Assembly: GCA_051294375.1 (NCBI GenBank)
Contig: CM119263.1
Location: forward strand, 5,933,253 to 5,997,252
Origin: Paraspadella gotoi
Taxonomy: Eukaryota; Animalia; Chaetognatha
Length of the DNA stretch: 64,000 nucleotides
Direction of reading: 5' to 3'
This document shows positions 29,701 to 43,019 of the stretch, one piece after another. The notes below the pieces were generated by a model. The model was not told where the DNA came from. It made no database searches and saw nothing but the letters and a program-made list of their open reading frames with translations. Positions within the stretch are counted from its first letter, which is position 1. Each line of letters starts with the position of its first letter. Made by a program: the position numbers and the translations under genes.

Positions 29701-32700
29701 TAAAAATTTGTTTTTTAATATTATTTTCAACATTTTAAAATTGTTTGCCTCCTAATTATCGAGCTTGACGGCGAAGCCAGCTGGTCAAGGCTCTATAATG
29801 TTTTAGGGTTGCTTCTTTGTGACGTCGTCGTCGTTCGTTCCGTCGTGGGTCACCCGCTGTTCATATATAAAAACTACTACGCTTTATAGGTTGGCTGTGA
29901 CTTACCGTTTTTTTAAAATAAAAATTATTATGAATTATGATAATAGTTTTACAAAGCTCTTTTCTTCCGCGTGCGATCATAGTAATTTTCAAAGATATTA
30001 GTAATAATGGCTTTTCATCTTTGAAAATAGTCTGTGATATTTTGCAATATACATTTGGGATTTAATTATTTTTGTTGAATTTCCACTTCATTATGATTTA
30101 CTGCATACTATTGACAAAATTGAGATTATAGTTACTATTTTATACTAATATCCAATTTAGTTATTATAAGACAAACTCCGCTTTAAACTAATTTACATAT
30201 TCGCCAGTATTCTATAATTATTCGCGCAAGATTGAAATTCAAAAAATTCTGTTTTTTTAAGACGGCTCTAATAAAAAATGGTACTCAAAGGATTTTTTAA
30301 TGCACGAAGCTATTACTCTTAAATTTTTAATACAAATAAACAAAATTACGAAATCTTTACAAGCTGCGACTTGCGAAAACTTAATTGGTGAAATAATGTT
30401 CCAATTTGTAATAGCCACTAATCCGTAACGATTTTTGCTTTTCTTTTATTTATATTATATATATTTTTTTTTGATACGACGCTGCCTTTTCGTGGAATTC
30501 GTGTGGTTCTGAAAGATACGAGTTAAGTTTCTTTCTCCTGTCTCTGCTGGTTTTCGCACCGCCACGTCGTCGTCGTCTTACGTTCTCGCAAGCACTCGTC
30601 GTTCTGGGTTGTTTCCGCGGATCTCTTTTGGCGCCGTTCGCTCCGTGATCGTGGTGCGTATTTTTTCCGCACAACACTTCGCATGTTATTATTTTTTCTC
30701 TTTCTAAAAAACATATATATTTGATCAGAGCGCTCTCCTTTCTGAATCGTTTAAAATAAACGAGTTAGGCTCTCTCTCTCTCTCCCTTCCTTCGGTGCCT
30801 CTTCGTCGTCGTTCTCGCTCCTCCCTACGTCTCTCTCATCGTTCGTTCTGCTGTCTTCTCTCTCTCTGCGCTTCTCGTCTTTTTTTTCTTGTCGTTTGTA
30901 CATATACAAAAATTTATTCCACCGTTTTTGCTTTACCAACTCGTTTTTTGAAAAATTTCTTATTATGTTCCTTCCTTCTATTCATACTTTTTATCGTTTA
31001 TGCCTCACATCCAATTTACTTAACCGCGGAGCTCCTCTTTCCTTTTCCAATACACATCAACAATTTACTCCCAACGTTTCTTTTTTTTTTCTGAGTATAA
31101 ATTATAATGATGAGCGTCCAGGTGGAATATTTTCTCCGCCTAGACGGATGAAATTGTCTTGATCAGAACAGGTGACTTCACATAATTGATACTTTCATTC
31201 CAACTTAATCATTTATTCAAACAATCGCGGAGTTATATTGATTTCTCCCTCTCCTCTCAATTGTTCTTCGGTTTTTTTTTTTTTCCTGTTTCCTTTTTTT
31301 TCATTTTATTTATTTTTTCCTCCTTCTTTTTCCTTCCATATTCGCGTTTCTCTCTCTTTTCCATATTTCCACCTACTGATTCGCCTCGTACTCACTCTTG
31401 CTTTAACCTTTCTTCGCTCTTTTCCTTTGCCTTTTCTCTGCCACTTCTGTTTCCTTCCTTTTTTTACGCTCTCTTTTTTTCCTTCCCTCTCTCTTCCTTT
31501 CTTCCTTCCTTGCTTCCTTTCCCTTTTATACGGCTCTTTAGCTTTTTTCTTTTCTCCTTCCTTCCTTCCTTTCCCTTCCTTCCTTGCCTTCCTTCCTTTC
31601 TTCCTTTTTTACCCTTCTTCCCTTCCTTCCTTTCCATACTTCCTTCCTTCCTTCCTTATTCCTCTCCTTCTCCTTCCTTCCTTCCTTCCTCCTTTCCGCT
31701 GGATTCCTTCACTTATTGACCCCCTAACGTATTTAACGCTTTTTCCGTTCATTCCCGATTCGCTAACTTACTACTTTATTAAATTACCCCTATATTATTT
31801 TCTTGGAGCCTCTTCATACCCCTGTGGGAACCGCTATATTGGTTTACCGATATAAACGCTACTACTTATATAATATGGTTTAATAAACTTTAGTTTAATT
31901 CTAGAAAAAGAAATCACTCTCCACTAAGATAAAAAATATAATACTCAAAAGTGCAACAGTTGTACCTAAAAATTCTACGTTAGGACGTTCAAATGTGATG
32001 AGACAGGGAAAACTCTGTGCTACTCTCTAGGCAACAGAAAAAATTATACTCCTCTTCTCTTCTCTCTTTAACTTCTTTCCTTTAAGACTCTTTTCCTCTT
32101 TCTCTTTTTTCTCGCCGTGACTCTTCCGCTTCTCTTTTTCTACCCCCAATCAAATATCACTCTTCTCCTCATCTATCATACTACACTCTCTTCTTTTCAT
32201 TTCTCTAACCTCGACTCATCTCTCTCTTCTTCATATATATCGCTCTCTTTTACAAAGAGACACACGAACTATTCCTCCTCTGTTCACATCCAATGTCACG
32301 CATCCCGTCTCTCACATATTCGTCTAGTCACTGGTCTCTCTTCTCTCCTCTCTCTCTCCCCTTCTACCTCTTCCTATATTCTCTTTCTTTCTCTATCTGT
32401 TCTCTCTCTCTCTTTCTCTTCTTTCTAATTCTCTCTCTCTTTACTCGCCGCTATCAAAAATAATTTTTAGTCAACCTTTTTTTTATCCGATCTCCGTCTC
32501 ATTGCGTCTTCTACAGATCGCCTCATGGTGGTTTACACACGAGTTTCCGGCTTCTCTCTACTCTCTCTTTCTTTTTTACAAAAAACAAATACATACTCTC
32601 TTTCACGTCACTTTTTTTTCACTCTCTCTCTCTCTTCTCCTCTTTCGTTTCTCCTGCTCCTCTCTCTCTATGTAGACTCGCTATCATGCCTGTCTCTCTT

Positions 32701-35700
32701 TTGATAAACACCTCTCCTTTGATTTCATTCTTCTCTCTCCCTCTCTAAAAACTTTTATTAGTTTTCGCCAATATTTTCATTTTTTTTTTCCTATACAAAA
32801 TCCCAAATTTATACATTCCGAGATTTTCATGGATTCTCTTATAAGATATTACATAACGCGGGCAAGATACAAATATATCCTAATGTCAGGGCAACTGTAT
32901 CACACCACTGTTGACTATTCCCTACCGCCTTTGCTGCTGTACATATAGCTGCTTACATATCGTTTCTCCTCGAAATTGGGCAATCCCACTCTGCCGCCTC
33001 GGCTACTTCCCTGTTTTTCACTTAATTTAATTTATCAGTATGCATAACTCTACTTTTAACAAACAAAACTATTATTTTTTGCTTCGCTTCTTTTTATTAT
33101 CTGCTTATAACACCTCTCTGGATCCGTGGTCTCGTCAATACGCCCTACTTCCATTGCGCTAAATTACTTAGCTCTAAAAATATGGAGTTGCAGAAGGAGA
33201 GACTATTGTCCCAATATCCTCTCAACTTTAATAAATACATATTTATACTTTTTCTCTTGTTGTCAGTGTCCTAATATATTTCTTTACACTTTAAAATCTC
33301 TGTGTAAAATTGTAAATATTTTTTTTATTTTTTAATCGCTGTTATTCGATATTAATCTTCTTTTCATCTTTATACCTCTCGTTCTCTTTCAACTAATCCG
33401 AGCATCATCAATAATAATCCTATCTCGATGTTTAGGGATACCCACACTAAATTTATTATGTATCTAGATCTTTAATCTACTAGACAAATATGTAAGATTC
33501 TCTGACCTCGTCCGGCATCCTTTCCGGTATATCTTTCTTAAAAGAATAAGCAACACAATCTCTAACAAATTTCATTCAAATGAAGGAAAAATAGCTTCGT
33601 CCCCTACTCAGTATAATTAGCGTCGGATTCAAAACGATGATTTCAGCTTCTGGTCCTCACGAGGCCAGCGTCCAGTCTTTCTGATTTCTAAAGACATTTT
33701 ATATTACACGGAGCAGTGAGTAGTAACTGGACCACGCCTCTCTCACTTCTTTCTTCTCTCTCTCTCTTCTCTCATCATCCTTCTCTCTTCTTTTTCATTC
33801 ATACCACGCATTTGTTTGTTTTAAATTTACGATGAATGAAATCTTCACTCGGGCGTCAAATGAATGTTACTATATCGCATCCAGATGATTATCTATCTAT
33901 GGAATATCTTAATTGAAATGATTATATCACAATCAACTGATATGCACTATGATCGCAGATAACAAGATCATTTGATTATCACCACCTTCAGATTATTTTA
34001 TTATCATCGCCCATCAATTATTGGTTTATCATCGCATCAATATTTGGCGTGTATCATCGCGCATCAATATTTGGTTATCACAAAAAGTAGGGCTCGTCTC
34101 CTTGATGCTTTAAGATTTATTTTTTTTTATTTCACTTTTCTTATTCCTCCTTCTTTATTTTTTTGTTTTCTTTATATTCCTTTTCCATACCTGGTTGCGT
34201 CTCGATAGAAAGATTTTATCGATATAAAACACCTACAATTACATATTTATTTTTCTTAATTATTCTCTTTTTCTTGTAATATATTCAATTTAAAATCTTC
34301 GTCTTAAAAAGATCTTTTTTCTATCTCGTAAAATAAACCCAACTGTAATTTAAGTTTAACATTTAAAATTTATAACTTAACTTTTATCTTCTATCATACA
34401 CCTCTCAAAAATCTTTAATTTCTTATATTTTTACTTATTTTTTCTTTATTCATCTCATATTACGTTTTTTTTTAATACATCTCATATACACTTTCTTCAT
34501 GTTTTACTATAAACACTCTCACAGTTACTCGAACCCAAAACCGGGATTGACTCTGTTCTCTCGCATTCGCGCTCTCGACTGTTATTGTGCAATTGGCCTA
34601 ATATTTATATACTTAAATCTTTTCCCAGATTTCCTCACTTTTCTTTCTTTATATTCGTTTTTCGCGTATTTGTCACTAACCCTCTCAAGATCTCTTTAGA
34701 CACACTCTCTCTTCCTCTATATCTCTTTGTTTTCTTTTTTTACACCTTCTAACAAGTGCATGCCATTTTTGCTCGTGAACAAAAACAGCAAATACAATAT
34801 GCACTAAGTTTCACTACCCATAGATAAAGACTCTTGCATCATCACTTCAATCTATCTCAAAATTTCATTTCTCTTACTCTCATAATACCTATCAGTTCTT
34901 GTCTACTCTGCTCATCTCTCTACTCATCCATCTGCTCTCTCGGTCTATACTCTCTTCCGCTCCTCCTCATCGGCTCATCTCCATTCTCTCTGAGTGACTG
35001 GGAAGATGTCGTCACTTACTGTCTGTTGCAGATTACTAGATCATGTGGTGTTTACCTTAATTAATGAAAATTGATAGATAAAAAAAAAAATAATGATTAT
35101 AATTAATAAATTGTATTCTATTAATATCTATAATTTATAAAATTAAACAAAATGAAAAAAGATTTAGAACAATTATTACCAGAGAGATGAACAGCACATA
35201 GTCTGCATTTTTGTGTTTTTGTATGTCCTCTCTCTAATTATTGTGAAGCTTCTGAACGCATGAAAAGATTTGAATCAAACATTTTAGTTTGTTGGAAAAC
35301 GAAGACCAACTAAAATTGCCACAAGCGGACGTAATACTATGACGTAAAACGATGACGAAATGAGCGTTTCGGTGTGTTTAATATTTAGTTTGTTGTACGC
35401 CGCGTTTTTTGAGCAATACAAAGTTGACGAGTACAAAATATACGACCTGCAAATAGATGAATACCCTAACAATTAATTTAGCTCAAAGGTGGGTCTAAAT
35501 AGAAATGCCTAATAGTATCTTTTGTGTCTCGTTCAAGGAAGAGAATAACGTATGAATGACATTCGTGGTATTAACCGCATAGGACGAAGCATGGGGGTGA
35601 CTCGCATACCTAGTATGAAATACCAGTATACCTGGTAAATATATAAGCATCGATGAAAATGAGTCACTTAAAAGGATATAGTGTATGATAATATAAAAAA

Positions 35701-38700
35701 CAGAAGGAAAAAATAAAATTACTATTGAGATAGTGTGTTGTACTAATTGTTTTGGAATTTATTCTTATGATATCTAGAGTTATAGTAGTGTTTTTTTATA
35801 TATATTTTATATAACGAAATTTTTCAAATTCTCCTGGTCTTTCTTGGGATACTGATGATATGAAATTCTTTTTTTTTTCACAGGATAACATCAATAAATA
35901 TCCATTCTATACTCAAATCTCTCACTACCAAAGTAGTCAACGAAAAAATCAAGAAGATGGCCTCCAAGAATATTTTCCTGATTGGAGAAGAGTCTGATAG
36001 AAATGAAAGAGTTACAGAGAGCAAGATTTGGATAGAGAGGTTAAAACTCAATAAGAGTTGCGTCGATTCTCATCTGCAAACTAACGCAAATTTCATCTTC
36101 TTGCAATATAACTTTTATCTTTCTCTCGCTCAACAATAATTCTTTAATGCACTTTTATGACTCTTGTCTCATTCGATACGATTCAAACATCGGCTCTAAA
36201 CTGCATCACTCTCTCCTTTGCTACTACCATCTTCCTTCCCTCTCACGCTTCTTCCCGTCTCACCCAATAGTCAAACAACAACGCATTCTGTCTTTATCTC
36301 GACATTAATTAGCTCCTCTTTGACACCTCAATTGTTTCTCGCGCCTTGTCGTGCTTATATCCTCTCAAGCCGTCCATTGTCAGGCACCGATTGACTGGCA
36401 CGTACGTTCGACACGTCTGTCGTCGTTACGATCCTGTTCTAATCGATTTCCATATATCTGTGGCTGCACTGTATAAAAATTAGAAATTAGCAGGAAGTTC
36501 CAGACCAGGAGAGGTTCAGGTTTCCGACGTGCGACGCAGGCGACTTCACGCGCACACGAGAGACTGATAAGTAACTTATATTTCGTATGTTGTGTTTGTT
36601 GTTGTCGTTCCTCTCGAATCAAACTTCGACTCAGTTTTTCTCTTTCTCCTTCGCGCAATTGTCTGAAAATTGAAAAAAACATACTCTCTCTCTGCTTCGC
36701 GCTCTTGCTTAATCTCTCTCTTGCTGCTTCGATTTTCTTCTCGCATTAACTTAATGACACGATTTATGGAATAAAATGGATTTTATTTAAAGCCACGCGT
36801 GGTGTAAAAAAAAAAAAAAGTGTGTTTCCAGAGACAAAAAAAATATGTGACATAGACAAGGAAATAAGAGGGAAAGAATAGGTGAGTAGATATTGAGGAT
36901 CAGAAGTTGTAAAGTTGGGAGGGCAGACCTTGATGGTGAGTTTTGAAAAAATTGTATATGTGCCTCAAACTCTCTGTTTATAAATGAAAAATCGACGCGA
37001 CGGAGAGAGACGAAAACAAAACAAACAGGGTAATAAACATAAATAATAAAAGATATATTTTGCAATTTGCTACATACAAAGACAGATAAGGTAGTTTAAT
37101 TAATATAAATAAATTAAATGATGGCAACCACGACAATAAGATAATACCGACGATTGCAAATTGATTGGATTGATCTTAATTTTGATTGATTTGATATAGA
37201 ATATTTTATTCATTGAATACGTGCGTTCAACCTTAATTAAATTTTAAGCTGATTCGAAGTTCTCGGGAAAATTCTTTACGAGATATACTTTTTTGGCGTC
37301 AAGACTGTGTTTTTTGTTTTTTGTCCGAAAAAAATCTTTTTTTTTATTTTTCCTTATAGCACCCAAATATATATTACACGCGGACTACGCGCAACTGGAT
37401 GACTGATTAGATCGGATACGGACCGTCGTCGATGTGCGATTCACTCATTGCATGTTTACTTGAGTCTAAGAATGACTTGTTGATTGATCAAATACAGTAA
37501 TAACACTTCATAATCAGGCGGCCTGCTTAAATTTTTAGGTCCTTGTGTTCGTGCTTAAAAGCCGTCGTCGTCAGATCAGACTGACCAGTGGGATGTATGG
37601 ACTTTGAGTATATATTACAACCAACTGTGTTTTCGTCTCCTTAATTGTACTCTCTGTTTCGCCTATTTCCATACCTAATTACATGCGTGTTCAATTCTAC
37701 TCCTTTTTACATATTCGATTTCAGTGTATTGACTATTAATACATCGTTTCTTACTCCTAACTCGTTAGTATTGGAACTTTTGATTGTTATTAGCTCACAA
37801 ATACTTATTATTTTATTGCGACCTTTGATTTCCAACTTAAGAATATAAAAAAAATGTCGATATTGCAATTGTTATTTTTTCTATTTCGACCGGTCGTGAA
37901 ATCTCTATTACCTGATTAGCTGCTGTTTAGTTTAATGAGAAATTTGATTTAGATTGAAAATGTAGATTCTGAGATGAATTAATTGAATAATAATGGGTGC
38001 AGCTATAATTACATTTATATTCAATAAAAAAAAAGCAAATAGAAAGAGTGAGCGGGTGTTTGTATGTTGTTTTTTTTGGTGTATTTAAGACTCATATTCC
38101 ACCTCGAACGATTCTAGCTATAATCTTTACAAAGTCTCTCACTAGTCGCATGAGTTTATTCATTGAGTAAAATTGTAGTCACGTTGGGGTGGTTTAGTTG
38201 TAACAAAAAACGAGTGGTAGGTGGGGGAAATGCTGTGTAAAGCGTAGCGTGGTGAATTAGCGTGAACAATAGTACTAGTTAAATTGACCGTTATTGCTTA
38301 TTTTTTTTATGTATCAATTTAATAACATTTAATGTAAAAATTATCTGAAAAAGAGATAATGGATTGTTTTAGCGTTGTACACTTCTGATATAATTCCTTG
38401 GAGAGATGCGATATCACTCTCGGATTACATAAAGTAATAATTTACAAGCCGCCGGAATGGCACTTGGTGCACCCGTGAATAACGGAAGCGGGGGTTTACT
38501 CGTCGGTTCCTTAAAAAGAAAAAGATTACCTCTCTGATATATATAGCCTACGCTCGTCCTCTTATTCGTGGCAGCTCTCGTTCTCCTCTCTCTGGCTCTC
38601 AAAATATCGATCGCGTATCTTTCTCCACATCTCTCTTGTCATGAATGAGTGTGCCAAAAGAGAAATTGTCTCCTCTTGAATTACTTCACTCTCTTTCTCT

Positions 38701-39425
38701 CTCTCTCGCTCGTCTCTGCTCTCATACTCTCTCTCTCTCTCTCATCTCTCTTCTGTAATGTTTCACTAATGCGCCAAATAGTGGTGAATATAATCACACG
38801 CTCGCACACAGGGTTATTGTGAAATATGCGACGATGTCGACAACAGCAGATTGTATGCGCAAATTCGCAAAACCGATCCAAACGAGATCGAAAGAAAGCT
38901 TATTGAGATTAAAGCTATCTAGCAAAAGGGTCGAAGGATCGTCAGCGATTTATGAGTGTCACGAGAGAGACAGCAGAGTGAGTAGAGAGAGAAGATGAAA
39001 GATACGAGAGAGAGAAGAGATTTGGAGGAGAGAGAGAGGAGGAGATGAGAGAGAGAGAGGAGAGGAGAGAGGAGAGAGAATAGAGAGAGAGAGAGAGAGA
39101 GTAGATGGTGCAGAAAGAGAGGATGAGGAGAGGAGACTGATAGAAGAGAGAAGAAGAGAATGAGAGTGGAGAGAGAGACTTAACAAGAATTATTACAACG
39201 AATAAACTCAATAGAGAAATAAAAGATTTTTTTTCTTCACTGATGACGCCTTGTCTCCGCCATGAATATTTGGTGACACCAAAAATGAGATAAATCTTCA
39301 TTTTTTGAAGTTGATTCAAAAATACGAAATTGTATCTAAAATACTTTTTTTTTTATCTCACTATCTAAGCTTAAGACACTTTTCCATGTTAAAATTTAAA
39401 AATGTCAAACCAGAATTGCACCCTG
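23642..39425. other. Error-rich long-read copy of ~10531-19400 (probable assembly artefact)
   Basis: Collinear with the clean copy: 23642=10531, 26768=13256, 28700=14965, 31800=15590, 35430=17040, 36620=17750. Errors are mostly single-base insertions spread equally over exons and introns. Confidence 0.9.
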
Positions 39426-39681
39426 NNNNNNNNNNNNNNNNNNNNNNNNNNNNNNNNNNNNNNNNNNNNNNNNNNNNNNNNNNNNNNNNNNNNNNNNNNN
39501 NNNNNNNNNNNNNNNNNNNNNNNNNNNNNNNNNNNNNNNNNNNNNNNNNNNNNNNNNNNNNNNNNNNNNNNNNNNNNNNNNNNNNNNNNNNNNNNNNNNN
39601 NNNNNNNNNNNNNNNNNNNNNNNNNNNNNNNNNNNNNNNNNNNNNNNNNNNNNNNNNNNNNNNNNNNNNNNNNNNNNNNNN
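39426..39681. other. Assembly gap (256 N)
   Basis: N run. Other gaps: 23617-23641, 47769-47793, 51675-51935, 53767-54070. Confidence 0.99.
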
Positions 39682-39739
39682 AAGATTAAGATTTAATCTC
39701 CGAAGAGAAACAATAAATCTGTAAAGAAGACGACGAAGT

Positions 39740-39779
39740 GGATTCCGGATTCCGGATTCCGGATTCCGGATTCCGGATT
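39740..39779. repeat. (GGATTCC)n heptamer repeat, ~5.5 copies
   Basis: Directly visible. Confidence 0.9.
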
Positions 39780-40289
39780 TGACTTTTCAGATTTACGATT
39801 TTGAATCCAGACTTTTTTCTTTTTTCTTTTTTTTTCTAAAATATAAGTGTTTAATGTTTATTTCGACGTTTGACTTTATTTGCATTTACATGTAACTTTT
39901 TTCGTCTCGTATTCTTCTTTTCCAAACTTCCTTCCTTTCATCTTTAAATCTCTCTTCCCCTCTTTTTCACGTTTTGTGATAAATGCAAACGGAAAAAATG
40001 CATAAATGATGATTTTAATCAGATAATCACAACGCTGCCCTCTTTTTCGTCGTCGTCGTCGTCGTGGTCGTCGTTGTCCCTACATCGACTCGAAACGATT
40101 GTTTGCGTTTGACGGGAAAATTTCTTCTTGTTCGTGAAGAGCATTTCCTTCCTCGGTGGAGGAGGAGGAGGAGGAGGAGGAGGAGGATGATGGGAAAAAG
40201 GAGAAAAGGATGAAACCAACTGATAAAGAAGAAAGAAAAGAAAAGGTGATTTGGAAAGTGATAAAATGTGAAAGAAAACGAGAGGAAAC

Positions 40290-40560
40290 ATTGGAAAATA
40301 GAGAGAGAATGAAAAATAGAGAGGGAGTGGAAAATAGAGAGGGAGTGGAAAATAGAGATGGAGTAGAAATTAGAGAGGGGGTGGAAAATAGAGAGTGAGT
40401 GGAAAATAAAGAGGGAGTGGAAATTAGAGAGGGAGTGGAAAATAGAAAGAGTATGAAAAATAGAGAAGGAGTGGAAATTAGAGAGGGAGTGGAAATTAGA
40501 GAGGGAGTGGAAAATAAAGAGAGAATTAAAAATAGAGAGGGGGTAGAAAATGAAAAAAGA
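40290..40560. repeat. 18-bp minisatellite gagggagtggaaaataga, ~13-14 copies
   Basis: Directly visible; a noisy duplicate lies at 20960-21200. Confidence 0.9.
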
Positions 40561-40900
40561 GTGAAATGTAGAGAGTGAGAAGAAAATGAAGGAGTGGAAA
40601 ATATAGCGGGAATTGAAAATGGAGGAGTGGAAAAAAGAGAGGGAGTGGAAAAGAAAAAGAAAAGAAAAAGCTAAAAGAGAGAGAAAACAAATGATGGCCC
40701 GAGGAAAGAAGAGAAAGGAAATGGAAAAGAAAAAAGAGGAGATAAAAGGAAATAAAAGGAAATAAGAGGAAAGGAAAGATTAGAAAAAGGAAGAAAGAAC
40801 ATAAAAAAAGAAAATAAAAAAGAAAAGGAGGGAAAAAGAAAGGACATTGAAAGATAGAAAAAGAGAAAGAAAAAGGAAATGAATAATGAAATTCGCTCAC

Positions 40901-41809
40901 CTCTTTCTTTCCTCCCATTTTCGCTTTCGTCGTCTTCGTCGTCGTCGTCATCGTCGTCAGCTCGAAAAGAAGCAAATTCCAGAGAGAACCTGAAAAAGGA
41001 ATGAGTGAATCTTGTTCGAGTGAATTAAGTGGAGGAAGTGAGAGAGGAAGAGGAAGAGGAAGAGGAGAGGGAGGAGGAAGGGGGAAAGGAAGAGTGACCA
41101 AAATGGTGAGGTGAGACCCGAGGGTAAAAGGCAAATAGAGAAAAAACAAAAGAAAAATGAGAAAATGGGTTCACAGAATTTAATCGCTTTTACCTCAATT
41201 AATCACACATCGCAAAGAATTTGTAACCAATCCAAAGATTTACAGCCGCTTCACAGATTTACCTATTACCCCATCACGGATTTATCACCCCATCACGAAT
41301 TTATTACCCCATCACGGACTTTATCTCTCTCGACGCTGAGTGAAAATAAACGTTAGTGGGGGAAAGATCCTTGGGATTGACGGGGATGACGACGACGACG
41401 TTGAAGACGATGACGACGACGACGATGAAGAACATGACGACGACGACGATGAAGACCATGACAGACGACGACGTTGAAGAATGACGACGAACGACGATGA
41501 AAAACATGTGATGTAGCGACGTGACGACGACGATGACGACGACAAACGATGAGTGTAACGATGAAGTAAAGACGATGAACGACGACACGACGATTTCGAC
41601 GACAACGATGAAGACGACGACGATGACGACAATGACAGTGAAGACGAGGAAGAAGATAAAGACAATGACGACTACGACGACGGTGATGACAAACGACGAC
41701 GACGGCGATGAAGACGACGACGACGATAAAGACGACGACGAAGACGATGACGATAAAAACGATGTCGAATACGATGACGAAGAAAATACAACATTTGATG
41801 AAGACGCAA

Positions 41810-41843
<34 letters not shown>

Positions 41844-42122
41844 TTCCTCATTCCCAGTATCTCGAATCTCCTCGTTTACCTTTTGTACCGTTTATCGGCC
41901 GAAAATTGACGTCGTTGTTGTCGTCATCCTCGTCGTCGTCGTCGTCGTCGTCGCCGGCCAATCGTTCGCCATAAAATCGGCAAATTTGTTTCGCTCCCTC
42001 GTAGGAAGCTTTTAAGGGAACGGATGCTGCAAGAGAATTGATTGATTGATTCATTCATTCATTCTTTAACTAATTTATACCTATTCAATTTGTTAACTGA
42101 TTGATTAACGGATTGGTCGATG

Positions 42123-42183
<61 letters not shown>

Positions 42184-42732
42184 TTCTACCAACCTCCTTC
42201 CCCGTTGTCCCGTTTCGGAATGTTGTAGCAGATTTCACCTCGACCGAACATACAGGGTTTGTCTGGAGATCCAATCGGCAATTCTCGACTCTGCGAGAGA
42301 GAAAAATAGAATAAAAACAAAAGAAATGAAAAGAAAATAGGCGAAAAGAAAAGAGGAGAAAAGAAAAGAAAAGAATATTGGTTGTACCAATTTCATAGGA
42401 AAAGAAAAGAAAAGAAAGAAAAGAAAGCAAAAGAAAAAAGAAAAGAAAAAAAAGGGAAAACAATAAGAAAAGAAAAGAAACGAAAAGAAAAGAATAAAAA
42501 AGAAAAAAAAAGATAAGAAAAGAGAGGGAAAAACAAAATTGTGCCAAAGGGAGTAATAACGACGAGTACAACAACAACAACTAACTTTCGCGTCGCGACC
42601 ATTGAAGGCGATGGCGGCGACGACGACGACGACGACGCCGACGACGACGACGACGACAATTTCCAAGAGAATTTTCTTGTTCTTCACTGGAGATTCGTTT
42701 CCACCCAAAAGACTTTCGTTGAGTCGCTCCAT
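40901..42732 (-). CDS. Type II transmembrane C-type lectin-like protein, 5' exons (continues to 18317-17522)
   Basis: Phase-consistent exons: 42732-42586 (MERLNESLLGG...KKILLEIVVVVVVGVVVVVVAAIAF, TM), 42290-42194 (SPDKPCMFGRGEICYNIP), 42026-41880 (KASYEGAKQICRFYGERLAGDDDDDDDEDDD), 41335-41308, 40989-40901 (FRADDDDDDDEDDESE). This matches the CTLD N-half pattern CY...S[WY]..A...C...G..LA. Exons between 40901 and 18317 are unresolved. Confidence 0.72.
41385..41845. repeat. Degenerate (GAC/GAT)n trinucleotide tract in a lectin intron
   Basis: Dense gacgac/gatgac repeats. Confidence 0.85.
42123..42183. repeat. (TGAT)n microsatellite
   Basis: Pure run. Confidence 0.95.
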
Positions 42733-42925
42733 TTTCTGTTGTTGTCTTTTGTTTATCTCACTTGGTTTTGAAATGCGTCGCGTCTAAAATATAAACAAAA
42801 ATGTTTTGATTTGTTTTTGTTTTATGTTTTGTATTTATATTTTTTTTTTAGTTTCATTTTCCCAAAAGGATGAAAAAAGTTAAAAAGATTCAAAGGAAAA
42901 AAGTTTTTAAAAAAAGGAATGAGTC

Positions 42926-43019
<94 letters not shown>

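Noticed and set aside
41521-42015. Asp/Thr-rich 164-aa plus-strand ORF
   Set aside because: A (GAC)n tract antisense to the lectin exon and intron, with no independent gene signals.
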